64,000 bases of DNA from an uncultured Bacilli bacterium (GCA_910587325.1 CAJUKB010000002.1:32349-96348), one strand, 5' to 3'. Counted from the first letter of the stretch, positions 1 through 11,029 are shown. Notes: generated by a model not told the origin, from the letters alone. Numbers and translations are program-made.

Positions 1-388
1 TTTAATTAAAGATAGTATTGATTACACAAGTTTAGTAAGACCACCTCTTGCTCCGCCAAAGATTTTATTTCCTATTTCTTGGACCCTTATTTATTTGTTA
101 ATGGGTATTTCTTATTATCTTTATAAAAAAGAGTATAAAGAAAATGGCATTGTTGATGTAGTTTATTATCTTCAACTTTTTGTAAATGCTTTATGGAGTA
201 TTATTTTCTTTTTGTGGAAAGCAAGATTTATTGCTATTCTATGGATAGTTGCTCTTGATTTCTTAGTTTTATTTCTTATTTATTATTTCTTACAAAGAAA
301 AAAAATAAGTGCTTACCTCAATATCCCTTATTTGTTATGGATACTCTTTGCTACTTATTTAACTATTGGTATTTATGTATTAAATTAA
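1..388 (+). CDS. TspO/MBR family tryptophan-rich sensory protein, 5' end outside the window
   Basis: The frame is open from position 2. The translation RPPLAPPKILFPISWTLIYLLMGISYYLY through LPYLLWILFATYL matches TspO/MBR transmembrane motifs. Confidence 0.6.
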   Translation, partial: LIKDSIDYTSLVRPPLAPPKILFPISWTLIYLLMGISYYLYKKEYKENGIVDVVYYLQLFVNALWSIIFFLWKARFIAILWIVALDFLVLFLIYYFLQRKKISAYLNIPYLLWILFATYLTIGIYVLN

Positions 389-404
389 CTTCTTAGGAAG
401 TTTT

Positions 405-893
405 TTATTTTAGTAAAGCTTCTACTTCGTTAATAACATATTCTTTTGTTTCTTCATATGTTTTATTTAAAACAATACTAAATTCATTATATAGATATTT
501 TTCTGCTAACTCAAAATAATAGCGGTCTTTATCACTCTGTTTCTTTTTATTTTTTTCTCTTTCTTTATTTCTTAAGTATGCGGTTTTAATAATACGCACA
601 TAATCTTTTAAATCATTTGAATTTAATAATGTCTTATATTCATTTTCTAGCTGTTTATCGTCACAAGAAATAACTTCTATTTTGGGAATTTCCTTAATAA
701 TTTTTTCTACTTCTTCTTTGCTAATTAACTCTCTTAAGTAGGTATTTTCTTCTATTGGAATATCGACATGTAATGTATCATCATCTATTGGTATTAAGCG
801 ATAATAATCCTTTCCATTTGCATATTTTTCTTTCCTTTCTACAATCTTACAGACATCCTTTCGATACACAACATATTCTCCATTTTTTTTCAT
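405..893 (-). CDS. hypothetical protein, possibly CarD/CdnL-like
   Basis: The ORF is open. The start at MKKNGEYVVYRK is preferred because GAGAGGGTG lies 5 nt upstream. The N-terminus weakly resembles the CarD_CdnL_TRCF domain. Confidence 0.45.
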   Translation of the reverse strand: MKKNGEYVVYRKDVCKIVERKEKYANGKDYYRLIPIDDDTLHVDIPIEENTYLRELISKEEVEKIIKEIPKIEVISCDDKQLENEYKTLLNSNDLKDYVRIIKTAYLRNKEREKNKKKQSDKDRYYFELAEKYLYNEFSIVLNKTYEETKEYVINEVEALLK

Positions 894-989
894 AAACACA
901 CCCTCTCTATATAAAAAAAAGTAACTATACAACAGGACTTATGCCATATGTATAGCTACACGTTGTTATAGTTATTATACCACATTTTT

Positions 990-1610
990 TTATTTTTCAG
1001 TGCTAAAAAATGACCCCTTTTTTGTTGTTTTAATGTAGAAAAATAGAACAACAAGAGAACACATAAATCCTGTTATGACATCACTAAAGTAATGAACGTA
1101 TATATAAATTCTACTAAAGCAAACTGTAAAAATTAAAAGGGATAATAAGGTAATTCCTGCCAATTTAAGTGGTTTTTTTGCATCACTTTTATAAAGCATA
1201 TAAATTAAGTATCCATAGAATGTTGTAGTTGCCATTGCATGGCCTGAGGGAAAACTATAAGTACTTTCAAATACAGGAACTAAAGAACCCATTAGAGTTG
1301 GTCTTGGTCTTCTAAAAATGAATTTGATTACGTTATTTAAAATAGTAGATAGTATGGTAACTCCATAAAGGTTTACTAACTTTTTTTTAGGTTTATAAAA
1401 AATAAGAAGAAGTATACAAATGACAACGATATATTTAACACTTCCAAAATTAGTGAAAAATAATAAAATTTTGGTTAAGAAGTCATTATGTCCGATATGA
1501 TTATAAACCCAATTATCAAGAGGAAACATATTTCCTGTTGCAATCAAAATCATGTTTAATACTACTAAAAAAATTGGGATAGCAATTAAATAGTCTTTTT
1601 TCCATTTCAT
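990..1610 (-). CDS. PAP2-family membrane phosphatase
   Basis: It has several transmembrane segments and the PAP2 signature motifs (a KxxxxxxRP-type RRPRP and SFPSGHA). Confidence 0.7.
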   Translation of the reverse strand: MKWKKDYLIAIPIFLVVLNMILIATGNMFPLDNWVYNHIGHNDFLTKILLFFTNFGSVKYIVVICILLLIFYKPKKKLVNLYGVTILSTILNNVIKFIFRRPRPTLMGSLVPVFESTYSFPSGHAMATTTFYGYLIYMLYKSDAKKPLKLAGITLLSLLIFTVCFSRIYIYVHYFSDVITGFMCSLVVLFFYIKTTKKGSFFSTEK

Positions 1611-3439
1611 ATTTCATTATACTCCTTATCTAAGAAAAATATTTCGTACCATTTAAGAAAGCAATAAATAGTCCATACTTTTTTATAGGTATCTTTCTTA
1701 TGATTTTTATGTTCATCGAGTAGTTTTAGGATATAATCTTGGTTGAAGAATTCTCCTGCAAAATCTTGCTCAAAAGTATTTTTTACTTCATTATAGAAAT
1801 CCTCTTCTCTTAGCCATTCACGTAAAGGAACAGGAAACCCTAGTTTTTTCTTTTTATAAGATTCATTGGGGATTTCTTTTTTGGCAGCACTTCTTAAGGC
1901 GACTTTGGTGTTTTCTTTTGTAACTTTGTCTTTTTCCGTTAGTGTACTAGCAATTCCAAAAACTTCTTTATCTATAAAAGGAACTCTTCCTTCTATAGAG
2001 TTTGCCATTGTCATACGATCCGCTTTTTGTAAAATGTCTTTGATTAACCAAAAGTGAATATCAATTGCTTGTTTTTTAGTAATGTTATCTTTATCACTAA
2101 CTGACTCAAAAATCGGTTTTGTAATGTCTTTATTTTTGATAGTATCTACACATGTTAAAACTTTTTTACGCTCTCTTTCACTGAAAACTTTGTTCACCCC
2201 TATATAATCACTCTCTAAATTCGTACCACGTCTTACAATAAAGTTTCGCCCTGGAAATTCCGGTAAAAGGTTAAAGATGAGGGCGGCAAAATGTCTTAAT
2301 GGATATGGAATTTTGTTGTACCATTTTAAATCTACTTCTTCACGATAGTTATTGTATCCTCCAAAAAACTCGTCAGCTCCTTCTCCTGATAAAACAACTT
2401 TGACATCTTTACTTGCTAAATTCGAAACAAAATAAAGCATAATTGCAGCAGGGTCACTTGAAGGTTCGTCCATATGATAAAGGATTTTAGGAACAATATT
2501 CTTATATTCTTCTTTGGTAATTTTTTTGCTCGTATTGTTGATTTTCAATTTATCTGCTAAATCTTTTGCATAAAGAGTTTCATCGTATTTAGGGTTATCA
2601 TATCCTACTGTATAGGTTTTATCCGGTTTTGCAAGACTTACAATATAAGAAGAATCAATTCCACTTGATAAGAAAGAACCTACTTCTACATCACTTAACA
2701 TATGGTAAGAAACAGAATCTTTCATTGTGTTATTAATGGTTTCGACTACTTCTTTAAAATCTTGTTTTTTGGGATTAAATTCTATATCATAATAGCGTTC
2801 TATTTTGATGTCACCATCTTGATAAGTTAAAGAGCAACCCGGGTCTAAGCGATATACTCCTTTAAAGAAAGTTTCAGTAGTAGGAGTAAAACTAAACGAA
2901 AGATAAGGTCCAATTAATTCTTTATTAAGAACTTTATCAAATTTTGGATGTTCTAAAAAAGACTTAATTTCAGATGCAAATAGAAAAGTGCCTTCTGTTT
3001 GGTAATAGTAAAATGGTTTAATACCAAAGTTATCCCTTGCACAAAATAAGGAATTTTTATTCTTATCCCATATAGCAAAAGCAAACATTCCACGTAATTT
3101 TTTAGGTAAGTTGCTGCCCCATTCCTCGTACCCATGGATTAACACTTCGGTATCACAGCTTGTTTTAAATTCATGGTTCTTTTTTAACTCTTCTTTTAAT
3201 TCTATATAGTTGTAAATTTCTCCATTAAAGACAATTACTATTTGTTCGTTTTCATTAAACATAGGTTGACTACCTGTTGCTAAATCGATAATGGATAATC
3301 TTCTATGTCCTAATGCAACATAATCGTCTGTATAAAAACCTTCTCCATCCGGTCCACGATGACGAATCCTATCCGCCATGTTCTTAATGATTTGTTTTTT
3401 ATTTTTTTCTTTACTTACAAATCCGACAATTCCACACAT
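1607..3439 (-). CDS. asnB: asparagine synthase, glutamine-hydrolyzing
   Basis: The N-terminal MCGIVGF is the class-II amidotransferase nucleophile, and the synthetase domain motif SGGIDSS is present. Length is 610 aa. Confidence 0.85.
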   Translation of the reverse strand: MCGIVGFVSKEKNKKQIIKNMADRIRHRGPDGEGFYTDDYVALGHRRLSIIDLATGSQPMFNENEQIVIVFNGEIYNYIELKEELKKNHEFKTSCDTEVLIHGYEEWGSNLPKKLRGMFAFAIWDKNKNSLFCARDNFGIKPFYYYQTEGTFLFASEIKSFLEHPKFDKVLNKELIGPYLSFSFTPTTETFFKGVYRLDPGCSLTYQDGDIKIERYYDIEFNPKKQDFKEVVETINNTMKDSVSYHMLSDVEVGSFLSSGIDSSYIVSLAKPDKTYTVGYDNPKYDETLYAKDLADKLKINNTSKKITKEEYKNIVPKILYHMDEPSSDPAAIMLYFVSNLASKDVKVVLSGEGADEFFGGYNNYREEVDLKWYNKIPYPLRHFAALIFNLLPEFPGRNFIVRRGTNLESDYIGVNKVFSERERKKVLTCVDTIKNKDITKPIFESVSDKDNITKKQAIDIHFWLIKDILQKADRMTMANSIEGRVPFIDKEVFGIASTLTEKDKVTKENTKVALRSAAKKEIPNESYKKKKLGFPVPLREWLREEDFYNEVKNTFEQDFAGEFFNQDYILKLLDEHKNHKKDTYKKVWTIYCFLKWYEIFFLDKEYNEI

Positions 3440-3441
3440 AC

Positions 3442-5361
3442 TTATTCTCCTTTCGCTTTAGCAAGTTTACTATAAATATCTTTTTCTAACATAAGTTTAC
3501 TAATCGTAAAACTATTGGCAATTCGTTTATTCATATAAGCGATATAATCGTCACTTACTTCAACTCCCTCAAATCCTTTATTAGAAAAATACGTTCCTTT
3601 ATCGCTTCTCCAACTACGACTTGCAAATATAGCTAGACCTTCTTCGTCGCTAAACATATCTTGTCCAATTAATAATCTTGAATCATACTCAATTCCAAAT
3701 AAATTTAAGATAGTAGGCAAAACGTCTATTTGACTAGCTACTTTGTCAATCACTTTATGTTCATTATTAGTATTCCAAACAATTAAATTACTATGATTGA
3801 CTTCGACCATTTCTTCCCGTTTATATGTTGAAACTTCATTGATTTCTTCTTCTGTTAAAGTGTAGGGATAATGGTCTCCTGTTAAAACGACAACAGTATC
3901 ATCAAGAATTCCAACACTATCCAATTTTTCGATTAATGTTCTTAAAGCATATTCAAGTTCCATTTGGGCAGACAAATAAGCCTTAACTGCTGTACTATAG
4001 GGTAAGTCTTTTACAGCGTCTTTGTTTTTTATAGCAATACTATTGCCTCCCATAAAGTTATAAGGAGCATGTCCACTTACTGTAATGTAATAGGTAACAA
4101 AAGGTGTATTATTTGCATAGTCATTAAATGTTGTGTTAAACATATCTACATCACTTGGAAGCCAAGAACAATTGATTCTTTTTTCCATTCCATTTTTACA
4201 TGCGGTGTAGTTATCAAATCCAAGAGTCGGCATCGTCTTATGTCTACTATAGTACGTATATAACCAATTGTGATAACTTTGCGTGTTGTAACCAAGACGA
4301 GCAAAAGCGTTACCTATTGCATAGGAAATAGTTGGAGTTTCATTACGCCATATGCTTAATATTTCTTGGGTAGGAAGTAAACCTGTCATAGCTTGGAATT
4401 CTCCTCCAGTTGTACTTAAAAATTCAGGAGAATAGTAATTCGTAAAATCAAATCCCTCATGAATTAATTTATAAAGAGTTGGGGTTCTTGCTTCATCTAC
4501 CGCAATGGAATTGAATCCCTCTGCTAATATAAAGATTAAATTCTTTCCCTTATACAATCCTGTATATTCATTTTTGTTGGTTGCTTTTTTTGCATTTAAA
4601 TAACGATAGACATTCTTAACACTTTCGTCTTTTTCTTGGGCTATTAATGCATCAAAATCAATGTCTAGTTTATTATAAGAAATTTCTTCTTTATCTTCCT
4701 CTTTTTCTTCTAACATTAACTTTTCTTCAAAACCAAATATGGCTCTTTTAATACTTAATCTTTGGCTTGTAAATACTCCTAAAACTTCTGTAGAAGTTGT
4801 AAGAGCATCTAAATTGTAATATAGATTATAAGGCGAATATAGACTTGTTTTATCCAAGTTTAAAGATAAAATAGAAAACATATAAATGCAGACGCAAAGA
4901 AAAACTTTTTTTATTTTAACTTTCTTATGTTTTTTTGTAAAATCAAAATTATTCTTATATACAAGGAACACAAAGAATGGAATTAGAAAGATTAAAATAT
5001 TTAAAAAATCAGTTTGAATTAAATGAAGACCTATTTCATAAAAACTTAAAGCATTATTGGCAAGTTCTAAATCATTAATTGAAAAAGGCATAGAAAATAA
5101 GGAAAAATATAAAAAGTTAAATAAATAGAAAGCAACAATCAACACTACAAAAAAAGTAGAAATACGCCTGTTAGTTTTTTCTTTAAAAAAATGGGTAAAA
5201 AAACTTAGTAAGCAAGATAAGCTTAAACTAAACAATAGTACAATTAAAAATTCTTTCCCTAATAATTTATTAAACATTAAAATTTTATTTATTGCTTCTA
5301 AATAAATAAAAAGAAATAGATAGAGAATGATTGTAGAATACTTCTTTTTCATACTTCTCAC
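3442..5361 (-). CDS. LTA synthase (LtaS) family sulfatase-domain membrane protein
   Basis: About five N-terminal transmembrane helices are followed by an extracellular sulfatase/alkaline-phosphatase-like domain. Length is 639 aa. Confidence 0.6.
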   Translation of the reverse strand: MRSMKKKYSTIILYLFLFIYLEAINKILMFNKLLGKEFLIVLLFSLSLSCLLSFFTHFFKEKTNRRISTFFVVLIVAFYLFNFLYFSLFSMPFSINDLELANNALSFYEIGLHLIQTDFLNILIFLIPFFVFLVYKNNFDFTKKHKKVKIKKVFLCVCIYMFSILSLNLDKTSLYSPYNLYYNLDALTTSTEVLGVFTSQRLSIKRAIFGFEEKLMLEEKEEDKEEISYNKLDIDFDALIAQEKDESVKNVYRYLNAKKATNKNEYTGLYKGKNLIFILAEGFNSIAVDEARTPTLYKLIHEGFDFTNYYSPEFLSTTGGEFQAMTGLLPTQEILSIWRNETPTISYAIGNAFARLGYNTQSYHNWLYTYYSRHKTMPTLGFDNYTACKNGMEKRINCSWLPSDVDMFNTTFNDYANNTPFVTYYITVSGHAPYNFMGGNSIAIKNKDAVKDLPYSTAVKAYLSAQMELEYALRTLIEKLDSVGILDDTVVVLTGDHYPYTLTEEEINEVSTYKREEMVEVNHSNLIVWNTNNEHKVIDKVASQIDVLPTILNLFGIEYDSRLLIGQDMFSDEEGLAIFASRSWRSDKGTYFSNKGFEGVEVSDDYIAYMNKRIANSFTISKLMLEKDIYSKLAKAKGE

Positions 5362-5406
5362 CTATTTCTTATTATAGCACAAATTAATGGATAGTTATAG
5401 TTACGT

Positions 5407-6375
5407 CTAATGTTTGATTTGTTCTAGTTGGTTTTCAATTCTTCTGACAAGATTTATGCTTTCTTCGACTTTTTCATTTGAGTATCCGGCATATTTGGCA
5501 ACCTTTTCAATATCATGTTCTTGAGATAAGTCGTATCTACCGCCATAAATAATAGTACTTAATTGAATTAAATTATCTAAATTATTTTTAGTAGATTTTC
5601 TAACAATTTCTCCTACAACTTCAATTTTTCTTTTTTGATGCTCTGCTATTTTGACAGGTTCTTTTATTTTGTTTATTTCTCCTAAAGGAGTAAGCCTATC
5701 TATATCATATTGTAATTGCAAAGAAAGTGGCATTTTATTATCAAGAATAACTTGGTCAAATCCATAATCCAAACTAACATTAAATTGTATTAAAATACAG
5801 AACATTGTTTGCATTTTTATACTAATGTCTTTATCAGTAAAATCCGGATTTTCTCCATAAAATAATTGATAAATTTCACATATTAGTTTATCTTTTTCTG
5901 TTAAATTAATTGAGGAAATATCTTCCAAGTCAGAAATTTGTTGCAATGCATCTTTTATTTTTTCTTTATACATTTCTAAAAGTTCTTCTTTATTCAAGCC
6001 TTTATTTATTACACAAGTATGAAAATTAAATGGTTGTGTATATATTGTATTTAAAGTTTTACCCTTTTCTATTTCTTCATTTGTTTCAAAATAAATTAAC
6101 CTTTTATTTTTGTATTCTACCTTTGTTTCTTTTCCGTTTTTGTCTAACAGCGATAGTTGTAAATAATCATCTTTAAAATCTTTAAGAATGGTTTGTATCC
6201 ATGACATAATTAGATTTATATTTTGATAAAACGGCATTCTTTCAAAGCATTTATCTAGTAATATTTCAATTTTCTCTATAGGTAAATCGTTTTCTTCTAG
6301 ATAGCCATTAAATGTAAATTCTAAAATAGCATTATTTTTTTCATACCATTTTTGAATTCCATAATTTTTTTCCAT
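5407..6375 (-). CDS. hypothetical protein
   Basis: A 322-aa open frame lies tightly downstream of tex. No motif was recognised. Confidence 0.45.
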   Translation of the reverse strand: MEKNYGIQKWYEKNNAILEFTFNGYLEENDLPIEKIEILLDKCFERMPFYQNINLIMSWIQTILKDFKDDYLQLSLLDKNGKETKVEYKNKRLIYFETNEEIEKGKTLNTIYTQPFNFHTCVINKGLNKEELLEMYKEKIKDALQQISDLEDISSINLTEKDKLICEIYQLFYGENPDFTDKDISIKMQTMFCILIQFNVSLDYGFDQVILDNKMPLSLQLQYDIDRLTPLGEINKIKEPVKIAEHQKRKIEVVGEIVRKSTKNNLDNLIQLSTIIYGGRYDLSQEHDIEKVAKYAGYSNEKVEESINLVRRIENQLEQIKH

Positions 6376-6441
6376 TATAATTCCCCCATCTACAATTATA
6401 TTTTATAGTTTTACTTTAACATAAAGATTTTCTTATTGCAA

Positions 6442-8553
6442 TCAAATCAACGTAAGATTTACCTTTTCTTTTTCTTTGTCTATTTTATCAACATGGCAAG
6501 TGATAATGTCTCCCACATGAATTACATCAAGTGGATTACTTACATAGTCTTTACTTAGTTTGGATATGTGGATAAGTCCATCATTATGAAGCCCAATATC
6601 CACAAATGCTCCAAAAGAAACAACGTTACGAACGGTTCCTGTAAGTTCCATTCCAATACTTAAATCGTCGATTGTAAGAATATCACTTTTTAAGAGTACA
6701 TCTTCTAATGCATCTCTTGGGTCAAGCCCTGGAGTAATTAATTCTTTTACAATATCTTCAATTGTATAAATATCTGCATTTAATTCTTTACTTAAGTCTT
6801 CAATATTTGCATTTTCTAGAGTTTTCATAAAATGCTCGTCTTTGTTTGCTAAATCTAATTTTAAATACGCCAAAAGTTTTTCAGTTACTTCATAACTTTC
6901 GGGATGAATTTTGGTTTTATCTAAAGGATTTTCTCCATCATGGATACGTAAAAATCCAATGCATTGTTCGTAAACTTTATCACTAATTCCAGAGATACTT
7001 TTGATTTCTTCTCTATTTTTAAAACTATGTTCTTTTTTAAATTTTTGAATATTTTCAATACACTTTTTATTTAAACCGGAAATGTATTTTAAAATACTAT
7101 CACTAGCGGTATTGATGTTTACTCCTACTTCATTTACGATTTTAGAAACGGTAAAGTCAAGAGCATCTGATAGGTTAGTTTGATTAACATCATGTTGGTA
7201 TTCTCCAACGCCAATGCTTTTCGGGTCAATTTTCACAAGTTCTGATAAAGGGTCTTGTACTCTTCTGCCAATCGATATAGCACTTCTTTTTTCCACTGTT
7301 AAATCAGGAAATTCTGAAATGGCTAGCTTACTTGCAGAATAAACACTTGCTCCTGCTTCACTCACAATATTGTATTTTACATCCATTCCTTTAATCGCTT
7401 CTGCTACAAAAAATTCACTTTCACGAGAAGCTGTTCCGTTTCCAATAGTAATAAGAGAAGCCTTGTACTTGGTAATTAAATCTCTTAGTACTTTAGTTGC
7501 TTCCACCTTTTTGTTATGTGGTTCATGAGGATATATGGTTGCAATTTCTAATACCTCTCCAAAAGGATTTAAAACGGCTAGTTTACAACCTGTACGAAAA
7601 GCGGGGTCAAAACCAATCACTGTTTTATTCTTAATCGGTTTTGTCATTAGGAGTTTTTCTAAGTTATCTTTAAAGGTAATGATTGCTTCCTCACTTGCTT
7701 TATCCGTAAGCATAGTTCGAATTTCTCTTTCGATGCTTGGTAAAATCAAACGCTTTAGGGCATCTTTTATCGCTTCTTCTACAATAGGTACTACAAAGGA
7801 GTTTTGATTCTTTATCACTCTTTCTTTGTAATTTTCTAAAATTTTCGCATTGTCAAAAACTAAACTGACAGAAAGAATTCCTTCTTTTTCTCCACGATTG
7901 ATAGCAAGTGTACGATAATGCTTCATGTATTTAATTCGGTCTTGAAATTCGTAATACATATCGTATACTTTTTTCTCATCTTCGCTATTCTTTTTCTTTT
8001 TTGTAATCAATAAGCCTGTATTATAAATGAAATTACGCGTCCATTTTCTGAAATAAGCATTATCACTTATCCACTCACTTATGATATAGGATGCGTTTTT
8101 AATAGCATCTTCTGTGCTCATATTATAGCCACTTGCAAGTGTTTCAATAGAACCATTAGTTGGAAAAGCCATAATTTTTTTAGCTAAAGGTTCTAGTCCT
8201 AATTTAATGGCTTCGGTTGCTTTCGTTTTTTTCTTTTCTTTAAATGGACGATATAAGTCTTCCACATCAATTAATTTTTCACAAGCACGTATGCTTTTCT
8301 CTAACTCTTCTGTTAATAAATCTTTTTCATCTATTAAACGAATAACATCTTCTTTTCTTTTTTCTAAGTTACATAAATATTTATACTTTTCCGCAATTGT
8401 TCCAATTTGTTCTTCATCTAATGCACCAGTTGCCTCTTTTCTGTAACGTGCAATAAAAGGTATTGTACAATCTTCACTTAATAGTTTTAATACTGCTTCT
8501 ACTTGACTTTCTTTGATATTTAAGATACTAGCTAATTCTTTCGTTATATTCAT
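6442..8553 (-). CDS. tex: Tex-like transcription accessory protein
   Basis: The N-terminus (SQVEAVLKLLSEDCTIPFIARYRKE) is followed by a YqgF-like region and a C-terminal S1 domain. Length is 703 aa. Confidence 0.85.
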   Translation of the reverse strand: MNITKELASILNIKESQVEAVLKLLSEDCTIPFIARYRKEATGALDEEQIGTIAEKYKYLCNLEKRKEDVIRLIDEKDLLTEELEKSIRACEKLIDVEDLYRPFKEKKKTKATEAIKLGLEPLAKKIMAFPTNGSIETLASGYNMSTEDAIKNASYIISEWISDNAYFRKWTRNFIYNTGLLITKKKKNSEDEKKVYDMYYEFQDRIKYMKHYRTLAINRGEKEGILSVSLVFDNAKILENYKERVIKNQNSFVVPIVEEAIKDALKRLILPSIEREIRTMLTDKASEEAIITFKDNLEKLLMTKPIKNKTVIGFDPAFRTGCKLAVLNPFGEVLEIATIYPHEPHNKKVEATKVLRDLITKYKASLITIGNGTASRESEFFVAEAIKGMDVKYNIVSEAGASVYSASKLAISEFPDLTVEKRSAISIGRRVQDPLSELVKIDPKSIGVGEYQHDVNQTNLSDALDFTVSKIVNEVGVNINTASDSILKYISGLNKKCIENIQKFKKEHSFKNREEIKSISGISDKVYEQCIGFLRIHDGENPLDKTKIHPESYEVTEKLLAYLKLDLANKDEHFMKTLENANIEDLSKELNADIYTIEDIVKELITPGLDPRDALEDVLLKSDILTIDDLSIGMELTGTVRNVVSFGAFVDIGLHNDGLIHISKLSKDYVSNPLDVIHVGDIITCHVDKIDKEKEKVNLTLI

Positions 8554-8616
8554 AATTTACACTCCTTTAAAAAAATAAGATATAGAATTATTATTTTCTA
8601 TATCCCTTTGTTCTTC

Positions 8617-9141
8617 TTATAATTCTTTTATAAACAATTTACCGCTAATGGTTTTTCCCATATCTTCTCTTTGGTCTACTTCTGTATTGTTGTAAGTAAT
8701 TGTTATCGTATATGTTTTTCTTTCGCCATTTTTTAAAGTTCTAGTTTCACTTAATTCATTTTGGTTGGCATCATTTGGAAATATTTCGTTTTCTTCTAAG
8801 ATTGTATCATTTTCTTTTAACGTATAAGTTATATCTTGATAACTTATAAACTCATTTACTAAATCATTAATTACAATTCGATAACTAATATCTGTACCAT
8901 TGTTCTCTATAGAAAAAGTTTTTGTAATGCTATCTCCTGGAATCATAATTTTGTTAATTTCTTCTCCATCATCAAATGTAGTACTAAACTTGGCCGTAGA
9001 ACCGCTAATTCCACCCGCTCCTTTTTCTTCTATCGTTGTTGTATAAAAAGCATAACTTGCATAGGAAATCACCGCTACAAATATGGCAATAGCTATAACT
9101 GAAATTATAATCGTTTTTTTGTTACTAGACATGTTAATCAC
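8617..9141 (-). CDS. secreted protein of the TasA/camelysin family with a SipW-type signal peptide
   Basis: There is an N-terminal hydrophobic anchor with a SYAFY cleavage-like region. The segment MIPGDSITKTFSIENNGTDIS resembles the TasA motif LKPGDKLTKDFQFENNGS. Confidence 0.45.
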   Translation of the reverse strand: MINMSSNKKTIIISVIAIAIFVAVISYASYAFYTTTIEEKGAGGISGSTAKFSTTFDDGEEINKIMIPGDSITKTFSIENNGTDISYRIVINDLVNEFISYQDITYTLKENDTILEENEIFPNDANQNELSETRTLKNGERKTYTITITYNNTEVDQREDMGKTISGKLFIKEL

Positions 9142-9211
9142 CTATTCTCTTATAATTATTATCTATTATTCTAGGTTTTTTGTCAAATTATTTTATTAAA
9201 TTGCCTTTAGT

Positions 9212-10117
9212 TTAACCCTTTTTCTTTACATTTTTTTGTTTTCTTACATTTAACGCTGCTACTGCTCCATCATTTGCTGCTGTAATCAATTGGTATATAT
9301 CTTTTTTAATACAATCTCCTACTGCAAAGATACCTTTTATTTTAGTTTCGTAATTCTTATCTACTTTAATATACCCAAATTTATCCGTAATTTCTAAAGT
9401 CCTTAAAAAATCATGATTTGGTTCAAAACCAATATAAGTAAATAAAGCGGATACTTCTAAATGTTTTTCTTTATTTACTAAAATTTCCTTTAGTTTGTTA
9501 TCTTCTTCTACAACGGCAGTAATTTCACTATCGTATAGTATTTCAACGTTCTTCTGCATTTTTACTTGCTCTACTAAAGAGGCATCTGCTCTAAAGGTGT
9601 CACGTCGATGGATTAAATAAACCTTTTTTACAATATTTGATAAATAAAGTGCCTCTTCTAAAGCACTATTGCCTCCCCCAACTACAGCGACTTCTTTATC
9701 TTTATATAAAGCTCCATCACATAAGGCACAAGTACTAATTCCACGTCCTAGTAACTTTTCTTCATTAGAAAGCCCTAATTTTCTATTTTTTCTACCACTT
9801 GCAATAATCACAAAATCGCTTTCAAAAGTATCAAGAGTTGTTTTCACGATTTTCTTATCCTCTTTTACTTCAATACTCTCTACTTCTGCTATTTTATAAG
9901 GAATACCTAATGTATTCACACTTTCAAATAATGCTAAGGATAAATCAGGGCCTGCAACTTCAGAGTATCCTGGATAGTTATTAATTTTATTGATTTTGTT
10001 TAATAATCCTCCGGGAGTATCTTTCTCAAGCAATAACACATTTAAGCCACTATTTTTTGCATAAATAGCAGCAGATATACCTGAAATTCCCATTCCAATA
10101 ATGATTAAATCGTACAT
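9212..10117 (-). CDS. trxB: thioredoxin-disulfide reductase
   Basis: An FAD-binding GxGxxG and the redox CALCDG motif are present. The start at MYDLIIIG is preferred because AAGGAG lies 7 nt upstream. Confidence 0.85.
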   Translation of the reverse strand: MYDLIIIGMGISGISAAIYAKNSGLNVLLLEKDTPGGLLNKINKINNYPGYSEVAGPDLSLALFESVNTLGIPYKIAEVESIEVKEDKKIVKTTLDTFESDFVIIASGRKNRKLGLSNEEKLLGRGISTCALCDGALYKDKEVAVVGGGNSALEEALYLSNIVKKVYLIHRRDTFRADASLVEQVKMQKNVEILYDSEITAVVEEDNKLKEILVNKEKHLEVSALFTYIGFEPNHDFLRTLEITDKFGYIKVDKNYETKIKGIFAVGDCIKKDIYQLITAANDGAVAALNVRKQKNVKKKG

Positions 10118-10127
10118 AATTTTCTCC

Positions 10128-10940
10128 TTAAAATTGTATTTCACTACCTCTAGCTTCGGTGTATAAATCTTCAAATTTTCCTTTACGGCTTAAAATCATA
10201 AATATTAAAAGTCCAATCACAAATAAAGCAATGGATACAATCTGAGCAACTTTAAATCCTCCAAGCATCAAAGAGTCAGTACGTAAGGCTTCAATGAAGA
10301 ATCTTCCTACACTATACCACATTAAGTATATGCTTGATAGTTGACCAACTTTTAAATATTTGTATTTTTTTACAACAAGTAATACGAGTACTCCTAGTAA
10401 ACACCATAAAGATTCGTAGAAAAAAGTGGGATGAAAATAAACTCCATTAATGTTCATTCCTTCAATTATAAATTCTGGAATGTGTTTGTTTTGCAAAGCA
10501 AGTAAGGTTGTGGCACTACCATGTGCTTCTCCATTAAAGAAGTTTCCCCATCTACCAATGGCTTGTCCAAGTAAAAGAGGAATGGTAATCATATCGGTCA
10601 TTTTCGAAATACGAGTATGGTACTTACGACAATAAAGAACGAGTGTAATAAATCCTCCAAGCAAACCACCATGAATAGCTAATCCACCTTCCCATACTTT
10701 TAAAATACTAATGGGGTCATTTAAATAATATTTATAATTAAAAATAACATAATAAATTCTTGCTCCGATAAAACTAAAGACAATTACCCAAAATGCTAAA
10801 TTAAAGATAAAATCTTTTGAATATTCGTAACGTTTCCCCTCTCTAATTAAAATATATAGTCCAAAACCAATGGCAACTAAAAGTAAAAAGGAATACCAAC
10901 GAATTTCTAGTCCAAAAACGCTAATCATAACAGGATTCAT
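10128..10940 (-). CDS. lgt: prolipoprotein diacylglyceryl transferase
   Basis: This is a multi-pass membrane protein. The N-terminus FGLEIRWYS and the signature GARIYYVIF are typical of Lgt. Confidence 0.85.
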   Translation of the reverse strand: MNPVMISVFGLEIRWYSFLLLVAIGFGLYILIREGKRYEYSKDFIFNLAFWVIVFSFIGARIYYVIFNYKYYLNDPISILKVWEGGLAIHGGLLGGFITLVLYCRKYHTRISKMTDMITIPLLLGQAIGRWGNFFNGEAHGSATTLLALQNKHIPEFIIEGMNINGVYFHPTFFYESLWCLLGVLVLLVVKKYKYLKVGQLSSIYLMWYSVGRFFIEALRTDSLMLGGFKVAQIVSIALFVIGLLIFMILSRKGKFEDLYTEARGSEIQF

Positions 10941-10983
10941 AGAACCACCAACTTTCCTTTTTCAATTATAACACTATTTTATA

Positions 10984-11010
10984 CAAAAAACTGCATTTTA
11001 AAGATGCAGT
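10984..11010 (-). terminator. rho-independent terminator after uvrA
   Basis: On the minus strand the hairpin ACTGCAT-ctttaaa-ATGCAGT is followed by TTTTTTG. Confidence 0.5.
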
Positions 11011-11029
11011 CTATTTATTATACATTTTT

